Assembly (NCBI GenBank): GCA_949358305.1
Contig: OX442314.1
Span: forward strand, 31,992,001 to 32,056,000
Length of the DNA stretch: 64,000 bases
Reading direction: 5' to 3'
Origin: Strigamia acuminata
Taxonomy: Eukaryota
A program made the position numbers and the translations under genes. Shown here one piece after another: positions 51,124 to 62,900 of the stretch (the stretch's first letter is position 1; every line of letters starts with the position of its first letter). The notes beneath the pieces are model-generated. The model worked only from the letters and a program-made list of their open reading frames with translations. It did no database searches and had not been told where the DNA came from.

Positions 51124-51289
51124 AACCGCTTTTGACGTCATTCAACAATAAAATTACAATTCTCATGTATATAATAAACGATAACTGCTTTTAAAATAAA
51201 TAATATTAATCAATTTGAACATCATTGCCCAGGCCTGAACTATTTTAACCCTTTACACAAAACTATTCATTATTTTGTTATTTCTTTCT

Positions 51290-51870
51290 TTAACACTTTC
51301 GCCATCATCACCAGTGGTACTGCTTTAACCAATCTGGTGGATTTCCTTCTCTCGTAGACCGCCCACGGTACGAATTCGACTGGCACCCCAACCTCCTCCT
51401 CTTCAACTCTCTCCTCCGCCTCCACGTCGTCCAACACAGGATATTGATCAGCTTCCCCTGCTTGTTCTAGTGCTGCTTCCTCGAGAGATGGATCTGGAAC
51501 AGTTAAGATGTCATCTGTTTGCTCGTATTACTCGTAATCCCCTCACGTGCGTCACGTTCCGTCTAATCAGTCTTCCATCGGGTGCTCATAATATTACACA
51601 ATTGTCCTTTTTATTGTGTACTGTAAAAATGTCGAATTGCATGCGGGTCATTTTGGAATTGTGCGCACAAAGTCGTTGGCGCGTTCCACTGTCTGGTGGC
51701 CGGCGATTGACGCCGATATCGAGCGCACTACGCCTGCCAGCGTACACTGCCCGATTCACCGTGGACTTCCACCGTGCGATGGCCGATTCCAGATGAAGTG
51801 TGGGGTCGTTTGCACGTGGACTTTGCTGGACCATTCCTCAGCAAGACATATTTGCTTGGAGTTGACTCCA
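51290..51870. mobile_element. Scrambled Gypsy integrase fragments
   Basis: + strand ELHAGHFGIVRTKSLARSTVWWPAIDADIE (H2C2 zinc-binding region) and WGRLHVDFAGPF; - strand C-terminal LIRRNVTHVR-like motif. Confidence 0.75.
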
Positions 51871-52167
51871 AATCTACACTTTGCATCCAATTTCATCTTT
51901 TTACATCACGACTGAAAACACATTAGTTTTCTCTCCAAAAGATAAAGAAATTTAATCAAAATCAATGTATAACTTAATTTCATTCTACCAACATAAATTT
52001 TACGATTTTAAAATTTAATGAATTTGTAAACATGTTTATCCTGCCCAGTTTTTGTTTTTACACGGTCTGGGAAAATAAATTCAATTCTCTATTTAATATA
52101 AGAAAAAATGAAAAATTACAAGTTACAAATTGTTGCTTTTCTTACGAAACACATACATAGTGTTATA

Positions 52168-53789
52168 CTAGTGGAAAGCATAAGTTTGGAAACATCAATA
52201 ATTCCAAAAAATATTTTTTCTTTCACCTTTGTTGTGTGGAAATAAATGATTTACAAATATGACGAGTTAATACACATTGTTGCCCTTTTATTCAGCTTCA
52301 AAACAAAGTGTTTGAACTAAAAAAAAAATAAAAAATGAGAGAGAAATGATGATTTTTCTTCATCTGTTCCAAAGCAAAAATATGGAAATATGTGTTCCCT
52401 GTTGCAAAAGTTTAGAAACTTGACGATTACACATGACGTAGAAGCATTTACATAGTCAAATCAGATAACTAGTCACGTGATTGTAAAATAAAATCACTTA
52501 AGATCAAACATGGTGTTAAATGCGGATGAAAAACAAATTTTAGTGAACATGCGAGCTAAGAAGAAAACTCATGACTGAAATTGCTAACTTTTTGAAGATG
52601 CCCCCGATCATGCATCAACAAATGCTTGTAAATGTGTAAAAGAAGATGGTGGAAAGGTCAAATCGGCTAGAAAACGTTCTGGAAGACCCCTAAAATCTAC
52701 AGAATGCAAGATTCAGATCCTCAAAACACTTGTCAGGAATCATCCAAAGCTCTCTGCCAATGAATTACACATTAAATGGCAACTTGAACCAGGTATAACA
52801 GTCCCAAAAGACATTGTTCTATGGAAACTTAAAAGTATGGGCTACAGATCCGGAGTTCCAGGATGCAAATCATACATGAACAACAAACAAATTCGTAAGT
52901 GGCATGCACGAGCCACGGAAATGTGAAATTCGGTTATTTTCTTCGATAATTCTAAGTTCAACTTGTCATTTGGGGATGAGGGAGTCCATGTTTAACGATG
53001 AAAAGGCAAAGAAAATAATTCAAAATGTCTGAACACCGCTGTAAAGTTTTCCCTCAGCCTAATGATCTGGGTTTGCATATCCTCCAAAGGCCCAGGACAG
53101 TTAACATTCATAGAAGGAACTGTGAATGCTGGGAAATATCAACAGATTCTCAAGGAAAGTCTATTGCCATCAAAGAGAGTTTTATTTGGGCCAACAAGTA
53201 ACCTTCATGCAAGATGGAGCACCCTTCCATATGGCCAAGACCATAATGAAATGGTTTTAAACAAAAAAAAATCACTTTTACCTTGGTCAGGTAACTCACC
53301 AGATATGAATTTGATGGAAAATATTTAGCTGCTGATGAAGAAACAATTAAGAGCTCACAAACCCAGAAATGAAAGCTGCAATAACACAAGTGTGGGAATC
53401 AATCACTAAAGAGGATGACAAAAACTGACATCATCAATGGCGAGAAGGATTGCTGCAGTGATCAGGAGAAAGCGCCATCCTACCAAATACTGAGGTAAAA
53501 GTCATTTATAATGGTGGTTTTAATTTTTTTACTTTAAGTTTCTAAACTTTTGCAACAGGGAACACATATTTCCATATTTTTGCTTCGGAACAGATGAAGA
53601 AAAATCATCATTTCTCTCTCATTTTTTATTTTTTTTTTAGTTCAAACACTTTGTTTTGAAGCTGAATAAAAGGGCAACAATGTGTATTAACTCGTCATAT
53701 TTGTAAATCATTTATTTCCACACAACAAAGGTGAAAGAAAAAATATTTTTTGGAATTATTGATGTTTCCAAACTTATGCTTTCCACTAG
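52168..53789 (+). mobile_element. Full-length degenerate Tc1-like transposon with TIRs of about 250 bp
   Basis: TA TSD; near-perfect long TIRs; frameshifted transposase near 52510-53493 (RSGRP, MIWVCIS, WSGNSPDMNLMENI, TKY*). Confidence 0.9.
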
Positions 53790-54058
53790 TATCTACCAGT
53801 GTTAATATGTCGGGTGAAATGTTACCCCAATTTTTAATTTTTCATCTTGAAGCAACCACAACTCAGATATTCAATAAATAACCAATTCCTACGTTTCATT
53901 AGAAACTGCCGAATATTATTACCCAGAGTTCAATGGTGACCTTTAATTAGTAAATGTACACGGTTGAGGTATTTATTAATTTAGATTTGAGTGAATGGAG
54001 ATTAATAATGTACCGTAGCTTTATTGGGAATTTAAGTTGGTGCAGCTAACACACGAGT

Positions 54059-55661
54059 CTATTTCAGTGCACGTTCCCAAAAATACAATTCTAAAAGAAA
54101 TATTATTGCAGAGCAGAAAACACCTCCAATGAGAATTAGAAATGCTGTGATTGTGTGGTAGATAGAGATGGGTTTGTAATCATAATTTCTTGCCTCGCAA
54201 AACGTTTTTATTTCGTACTTATCCTCAATTCTGTTTAAAATTCCTTTTTCTTTTAAGTTCATAACGCTGAAATGCACAAACTGCAAGTTTAATTTTAAAA
54301 TCTTTAAAAATTTACCCTTACAGTACTCACTTCTGATTAAAGAATTCCACATATTTTGATTTTTTATCAAATATGTAATAACCTGAAACAGCAATCGGGA
54401 TTTTTATAACACTCAACGTACAGTTTCCTCCGTGTGTCGATTTCAGGAGACTGTAAATATGGATAATAGCATTGTTGTTCTTCGAAAGCAGTTTTGGAGC
54501 GTCTGCGTGGGTAATGTTTCCTTTTCCAGCACTCTTTTCCATACGATGCCACATTTCCTTTGTAAGATTTGTTTGTGCATTCTACCATACAAAATAAGAC
54601 CATATACTTGTAATTATGCTATTATCACCAACAAATCCCAGGTCGTACACTTTCATTTTAAATCCCATCGATCCTTAACGTTTTTTTTCCATTACCTTAA
54701 TGAACGTGTAAGGGAACATCATTCCATAGGCGTACAAGCTGACTTTGTCTTCCGACAATAAATCTTGAATACTATTGTATTGCAGTCTTGATGTTGTAAC
54801 AGTGAGTGATGTATACAACACCGCACTGTAGCTTGAAATGATTAGCAGACGAAAGAAATATTCCGTTCCAGTAATTGTGTAAACTATAAAATATAATTAG
54901 AAGAACTTGAAAATTGATTAACAATCTTATTGAGGTGTATTTACCTGAAGCTGAGGTTGTGTGATTATCGAATTTGGTAATCGACGCAATAGATAGCGCG
55001 ATGAAGAGATAAGTAGCTAAAATACACACCCAAACAATCATGGAGAATGGTTGGAAAAAAGTTGTCCATAAATATTCTTCGATGTAGCTGTCTTGTCGCA
55101 TGACAAATGCATATGTGTCTCTGACGATAGGAAAGTTTACGAAGTCGAAAATCGGCACACGTTCTGCACTCATTACAAATAGGCCTTTGTAGGTGTCGTA
55201 ATGCTTTCAAAAGATTAGTCAAATTGAATGATAAATGTTCTCTATTATTAAAATGTTGAATGTTTCAGTAAAGTTTGCAATTTCTCTGGGTTAAACACAA
55301 TTAATTAAAATTTAGAAATTCAGCATAGTTAAATTCAACTTAGTTAAAGTTTATTGGAACCGCCTGCACTACTACAATAGTAATAGCTGTCCTGTTGTTT
55401 CGTAAGGAAAAATACACTTACTCAAACTGACTAATGTCGCCATGTTTCACTTACTTTCTGTTTCATATTAGTCAATACATTATTGTCGTACTTAATGCTA
55501 ATGCTGACTATTGAACTAGAAATGTACAAAGTTTACATAAACCTTTTGAAAGTAGTTTACCAAACTAGAAAAACATTACCAAATCTTACTCATTTTCTCC
55601 AATATGTCATCTGTAAATTCGATAACCGGTAATTCATGTTTCATTATTTCTTTTGTTCAAC
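54059..55661 (-). pseudogene. IR-C 3' half (exons 6-11), likely pseudogene; 5' part not in this window
   Basis: Near-identical to IR-B. Exon 6 is 82 nt (IR-A 83, IR-B 77), giving a frameshift and an early TAA. A CAG-to-TAG change shortens the C-terminus. Gypsy lies in the upstream intron. Confidence 0.72.
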
Positions 55662-56942
55662 CTACAAAAATTAGGATGGTTTTCTGGTTAACTTTTGGGT
55701 GATTCATTACTTTCTATTTGGGCTACATTGTAATTGTATTGGGGTCAGTGTTTGACCAATTGACACCAGTCCAAACTGGCAATAATCGACGGATCCTCAG
55801 CAGCTCCTTAACCTCAACGTCGAAACGGCAAAAGTTCAGTTTGTGGTAACTGTCACAACCGACCCAATTTGACAACGAGACGACGGACCGCCACTCACAA
55901 GTATTCCCATGCCATTCCCATTACTATATTAACACACTGCTGCGATCCGGGTTATTATCGCACTTATTTCTAATAAATAAGCACGAAACCGCAGGTGAAT
56001 GCTATAAAAGACTTACAATCGGCGGCCAAAACTTGTCTAGGGTAAGTTTACAGAAATAAAGAGTCAGTTTTATCAATAAAAATACACTTTATATTTATTC
56101 GTTTAATTACAATGAAATGACTAGAAATAATGATACGAGAGCGACAAGTCGCTGAATAATGAGCGGGAAAAATAACAATGAAGGGCTTGCAACGACTGTT
56201 GCAAGCTACAAAGCGTCAGAAATGGCGCTTAAACAACACAATGTTGTTGAGCGAAGGCAAATGTCTTCGTTTTCGCAAACTCACGAACGATGGTCGAAGA
56301 CGATGGTTCTCGTGGGTTTCTTCTGTCCTCGTACGACGGCTCAGCGGCGGTGGTTCACGGGGCAGGCGTCCGGCTCTCGTTCGATGGCGGTGGCTGTCGT
56401 TCGCGCGGCAGCGACGGCGATGGTTCACGATCGTCGGGAAACTTCTCGGTTACGATTGCTGGAATTAGCTTCGGCTAATTCAAGCAGGATAGCTGGCTTT
56501 GTAATTCGTTACAAAGCAAGCTGGTGAAACTTGACGGTTACACGGTCCACTGTCAATACGTATTGTCGGAGCAGATATCGCAGTGATGTTGTGGGTTGTG
56601 TATTTTTGTCAAGAGTCCCGATTTGAGCCAAGGCGCGAGCCCAGCACGCTTCAATATTGCGCAGAAAACCTGCGCACTTAGCTCAAATGGGTGCAACTAG
56701 TGGTTATTACACCATATTGCACCATAACGGCTAATAACCGTTTTCACCCCGGACAACCTGGGGTGATATGTGCCTAGAGAGGATTTCTCCCCTCGGTCAC
56801 ATGATCTGACTTGGCGTGTGCCACAGTCAAATTAATTAGAAGACAATTAATTTTATCTTCTAAGTTGGTGAATATTTTGAGATCACCACACATCCCCCCA
56901 TTTAAGACGAATCTTACATGGAGAGAAAATGAACGAACCAAT

Positions 56943-59590
56943 TTATGATTCGTCCATGCTCTGAGTTCGCTCAGACGTCAGCGGGCGCATCATGTCCGTG
57001 GCGTCGTCCCTCGGATTGGACCGCTCATTGACGATACACAGGTCGCGACCTGCGTTTGGTCCGGAGACCATTCCAGGGTTGACATGAAGCCAAACCTGGA
57101 TGATTCTTGCCGAGTTCGCTCGGTTGAAGAATCCTAGCGCCGCGAACTCAATTGGATCCTCTGGCGCCAATCGTGCCCTCAGGAGTCGGTCGTGGAGCAC
57201 TGATGGTGGGCTTAACACCCGGATGTGGTCCTCGAGCCACATAAACACCTGCCTCGACAACTTGTGGTTGTTGCTAAGCAGTGTTCGCGTATCCGGCGTC
57301 AAATAGAAGTGCGGATACAGGCGCATCAGGGTCTTGAAAGCCGACTCTTTCTTCAGTGGCTTAACCGTCTTCTCCGGCTTGGCTGGCGGCGGCGGTGGCG
57401 GTGGACGCGAGTCCTCCGCCGTGGCATCGTCGAAATGGCTCGGCGAGCCCAAGAAAACCAACGCGGGTGCGGAGGTTGACGAGGGTGTGACGCCTCGTCC
57501 CTGCGCTCGACCAACTCCGGTGAGCTTACTGGGTTCGACTGCCCGTTGAACTCCGGCTGGAGTTTGAGAACTCCCGGCGTTCTCCGGCCAAAACGAACAT
57601 CCAGCGCCCTCTTGAGCCGACTGGAAAACAGCTAGCGACGCGGCTGCTGTGGCGCTCGTAACTGGAAGCGGTGTTCTTCCGGCCATTTGCGCCGTGGCCT
57701 TCGCAAAGGACCACTCGGTTCGTAACCGAACGGCGGCCTCTTCTTCGGTCTCGCCGTTTGCTACGACTTGCTTAATGAGCTCGGCTAAGATCGTAGGCGG
57801 GTCGAGCCGGAGGTGGTACCACAGCTCGACTTTCTTCTCCGACAGGCCCATCGGCGCGGTCCAAAGGTAAGTAATGGCCGCTAACGCCTGTCCTGGCGAA
57901 GGAAGAACACCAGGGTACAACACCCTAGTCATCCCCGGAATTATCTGACGCTGAAAGTCCATCAGACGGGGATCATCAATGGTCTTGATGTCTGAGAGCT
58001 CTAGCCTTTCAGCCAATCTCTGCCAGTCCTTCTGCGACTCGGCGATCTGGGCGCTTTGATACGCGTCCAGCTTTTGGAGCACTTCCTGCTGCGCTCTGAT
58101 GGGTTGCTGCTCGTAGCAGGTCCATTGTGGTCCGAATGACTCACTGAAAAATGGCCGGAGCTGCAGGTTGCTAACTCCAGCCGGCAAGCGGGAAACATAT
58201 CCATGTTCGGGCAAGCGGCTAGCGTGTCCAGGTACAGGCACGCTACAGTCGGGAGAGATATCACCGACAACACGTCTCATGGCGTATGGAGTAGCCGGGT
58301 TGTCCACTTTGAACGTGGAGGCGGTTCGGCTACTTCGAGCGGACTGGATTGTGGAGTCCGATTCGAAGCTCAGCGAAGACGACGAGCCAAACGTCTCTGG
58401 TGTCCGTCCTCGTCGCGACTGCGGGCGTGGTGGCTGTGCTTCAGTCGAATATGGGCGCGATCGCCTCTGTCGCTCCTCTCGATCGCGGCTGGATTCTCGA
58501 AACATCGGGCGTGTTGCTTGATCCGGCGGAGGGAGTCTTCCCACCCTCAAATCCTCGTCTTGCGGCGGAGGATTGATGGCCGCTGGGGCCGGGAGTTCAT
58601 CTTCTCGATAGAAAGGGAGAGCGCATCGCGCTTGCTCCTCTGCCTCGTGTTCTCGAGCCAGCTGTCGATTTTCGTTGACGCGAAGCTGCGCTGCGGCGGC
58701 TCGGAGTGCTTTCGACGGGAAGAATCCTGGAAAATCATTGAAGCACCCGGCGAGCGCCAACTGGTGGAGCTCGGTTTGTGTGACGGGAAATTGCGGGTTC
58801 CCGTCACGAACGGACTTGCGGTACCGTTGCACGACTTCTCGCTGTGTCGTCTTGAGGTTTTTCCTCACTTGGTGGAGAGCACCGTAATTAATTCCGGTGC
58901 TCCTGAGCACTCTTCTGCGCTCGTGACGCTCTCGAGGCGTCACTGGCCATTGGTTGTGCAGCAATTCGGCAGCTAGTGGTCCTGGGGGGCTCTCGTCGAG
59001 CGTCCACTCGATTTCGTCGACTCCGTTGACGTGAAGGCGCTCGATGAACCGGCCTTTTGCTCCAAGACCTTGCAGGGCGGACTTCGAGAAGTCGTGGCGC
59101 AACTTCCACCACGTGTTGTTTGCCGTCTTCAGTCTTCTGATCTTTTCGGGCAATGCCGCTCGAAAAATCAGCGGGTGCTGAGTCGGCACGTGATCGGGAA
59201 GCGCGAATGGCGTTTCTCGATCCCTCTCGATCTATATTCGAAGAAAAATAAATAAATTAGTTTATTTAAAAATAAACAAATAATTTCTTATTTGAAATAT
59301 TTTTTAAGCTTAGCGCTTGTGGCAGTGAGCCACTAAGGGATGTTGGTTGTCATGGCAACTCTCTTCGCACATGCTTGAAGCACGTGACTTTTATAGCCGC
59401 CATTTTTATTTTTTAGCGGCTTGTGTTTGAAGTCAGAAAAAGTGAATTTTCTCAATTTTTTTGACTGAAACACTAAGTGAAAATTATTTTACTAATTTAC
59501 CCTCTCTTGTAACGATAATTGGACGTCGTTACCGGCTCCTTCCATCGGCGCTTCATCGTCCGCATGGAGGTTGACTTCGTCGTCTGCCAT
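56943..59590 (-). CDS. Gypsy accessory gene, about 792 aa, spliced, unknown function
   Basis: Exon 59590-59501 (MADDEVNLH...LSLQER, 30 codons), intron 59500-59232 (GTAAAT...AATATAG), exon 59231-56943 in frame with the 748-aa ORF. An upstream UTR intron lies at 59694-59629 (GTAAGT...TTTCTAG). Confidence 0.75.
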
Positions 59591-59932
59591 TCGTTTTCTT
59601 TTTCGCGTTGAAAAAGAAATTCTTTCGGCTAGAAAGAATTAATAAATTATATTAAATATATTTATCGAATTTTTCTTTCAGAAAAATAACTTACAGTTTG
59701 TAGATTCGCAAAAAACTGTCGTGTTGTATCGGAGTCGATGCATCCACTTCAAAACTTATCGGAAAAGTGGCTAAGTTCGTTGATTGGAGAAACGAACTTG
59801 TTTCGGTGACACCGAATGACGTCACAAATTATAACGTATTGTGAACGTTGTCATTCGAGTGTGGACTACGAATGACGTCACGAGATTGCTCTCTCGGATC
59901 TTTTGGGTAAACCCAAAAGGTGAAAGTCAACG

Positions 59933-62900
59933 CTATGTCTTGGCTCGCGGAACGCGAGATCTCAAGTTGTACTTTGACTTTCGCGAAGTACAATCCAACT
60001 TGTTTAGATTGTCATCAGCATCGTCTCCAATGTCAGATGAGTTATTTACTTCATTGTTTGAAATTTTTTCTTTTTCTAAAAACATTTCCTTTTCTAGATT
60101 TTCATCCAGAGAAACATTTTCAAGTCGCTTGTTTATTTCATCGACTTCGTTATTTTTGAGTTTCGATTTTTCACTCGATTCCGTGTTTTCGACAGGAATT
60201 TTGGATAATTCATCATCCAAGGTATTAACAATATTTTTTGTTTTTTGACCCACTTCCTCCCCTTCCAGCCAAATTTCTTGGTTGAAAACGGGAAAGTACG
60301 GCATTAATTCAGTGCCGTGAACAGCTGGATAAATTTTATTATCGCTCAGCCGTCGAAGTTGAAAGGCGCCTCCTTGTAACCTTTTGACAATTACATAGGG
60401 CCCATTCCTTTTCGGTGAAATGCCTGCTGCTATTCCTTTAGCGGCATTTGAGAGAATATGAGACTCTCGCCAGACTAAATCATTTTGTCTGAAGTTGTCG
60501 AATTTCTTATCTGATTTTTCAGCTTCGACACGGCGTCTTAAATCTAAGACGTGAGACATCATATGCTGATACGTCTCTGCAATTATTGCTTCTAATTTCT
60601 GAACATATAAATGCGGATTTTTTGGGTCAATGACTAAAATTCCTTCCGGAATTCTTGGATCCCAAGGAATTCTTAATTCTCGGAAAAAATTTAAGAAAGC
60701 TGGAGAATAATCTCTGCCTCTTGTTACAGTTCTCAAACTGAATGCAAATTCGCGTAGATACTCATCCCATTGGTCGTGAATATCTAAATAAATCGAAACT
60801 AAATATTTAATATCTCGATTGGTTCTCTCCACAGGATTGCTTTGTGGATGATAAATCGATGTCGGTGTTCGCGACATGTAGAATTTTTTGCAAAATTCTT
60901 TATAGACCTGTGATCGAAATTGTGGTCCATTATCACTTATGATTTGTCTCGGAAATCCGAAAGTCATTGATAAGTGATAAATTGTGTTGGCAACTTTTAT
61001 TGCCGTTGGATTACACATTGGAAATAATTCGGGCCAATGTGTAGCGACATCTACGATGACGCAAATGTGGGTATTGTTTTTTCTGGTTCTTGGTTTGGGA
61101 CCAGACAAATCCACACTGAGGCAGTCAAATGGTCCAAATGGTCCAATCTGAGCGCCTTCTATTTCTGTCTTCGATCTCGGCTTACAGGCCTGACATCCTT
61201 GACAATGCTGAATAAAACGTGTAATATCACGTTTCATACCTTTCCAGGTATAAACTCTTCGAGTTCTGTACATCGTCCTCGCAATGCCTGGGTGGCCGGA
61301 CAGTGGATGTCCGTGCATCAACCAAATGATTTTATAAATCAATTTTCTTGGCACGACAACTTTAAGTGCCCTACCATCCTCTCCTAATTCATCGGTAGAG
61401 GTAGGATGATAGTGGAGTAACATATCTTCTTCAATGAGATAAGTACTCGCGTGTCTTTCAAAATTTCTTCTTTGAAGACGAGTTACTATGTAACTTGGAT
61501 ATTGCTTGTTTAACAAGTAATTGCGAATATATTGGCAAAATTTGTCGGCTTTTTGCGCCGCAATAATGTCATCTCTCGTTGGAGGATCACATTCTAATTG
61601 TTTGGCAATTTTAGCTGCAAATGCTTTAATTAAAACATTTGTGGTTGGCAGCTCGAATTTTTTAGCCATCATGGCTCTTAATTCTACGTCAGGGGTTCCT
61701 GACGGATCATGCATATTAATACAAAAATTAATTAATGCTTGATCGTCTTCATTAACTATTATTGACTTGGGTAATTCGTTCAATTTTCCCATTTGCCAAC
61801 TTCGGCAAGGAGATGGACAATATGATAATAAATCATCATTATCGCCATCGTCTTCTGGTTCGTCAGGTGCGCTGACAGGTGCACGAGACAATGCGTCTGC
61901 TATTACATTCAGCGGACCTTTGACGTACTGTATTTCGAACGAATACGCCATCAGCTCCATTTGCCAACGAGCTAATCTGCCCGACGGGTCAGATAACGAC
62001 ATCAACCACTTAAGTGCTTGGTGATCCGTTTGTACAGTGAATGTAGTGTACTCTAAGTATGGGCGAAATTTGCGTAATCCCCATACTACTGCGAGACATT
62101 CCAATTCTGTCACAGTATAATTCTTTTCAGCGGGTTGCAAGCTTCTGCTTGCATACACGCATGGCATTTCGACTTCTTGGCCATCCACATTTTTCTTTTG
62201 TGTAAGGGCTGCACCCAACCCTTGTCTACTGGCGTCAGTATGAACAATAAATGGCATGTACAAGTCAGGCATCTTCATTGTTTCAGCATTCGTAAGCAAG
62301 TCTTTTATTGCGTCGAATGCTGCTTGATGATGCAGTTCCCAATCGAACTCCGCATCTTTCTTCAAGAGAGGCCTTAGTGGTTCTGCCACTGTGGCCAAAT
62401 TCTTGATTAGGCGGTGAAAGAAATTCACCATGCCTAGAAATCTTTGTAATTCCTTAAGATTGGTAGGAGCCGGAAATTGCGTAATTGCAGCGACTTTTTT
62501 AGGGTCTACTGCAAGTCCTTCTACCCCTACTTTGTAGCCTAGAAAAATTAATTCCTTTCTACAGAGATGCGTCTTGCCAGGATGCGCATGTAAATTAGCT
62601 TCTGCCAATTTTTTAAACACTATATCTAAATGTTTAATGTGTTCATCGAACGATTTGGATACAACAATTATGTCATCCAAATATGCCCATGCAAATTTTC
62701 TATAAACGTCACCTAAAACTTTTTCCATCAATTCTTGGAAAGTAGTTGGTGCGTTTACTAATCCGAAAGGCATGACTAAAAACATTAGTCTTCCCATTGG
62801 GCTCCAGAAGGCAGTTTTTTCTCTGTCTTCAGGTCGCAATTCTATCTGCCAATATCCCTTGGTCAGATCTATCGTACTAACCCATTCGAATTCTCCGATT

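Noticed and set aside
56943..59189. env gene
   Set aside because: No signal peptide, transmembrane anchor or Cys-rich ectodomain is visible.
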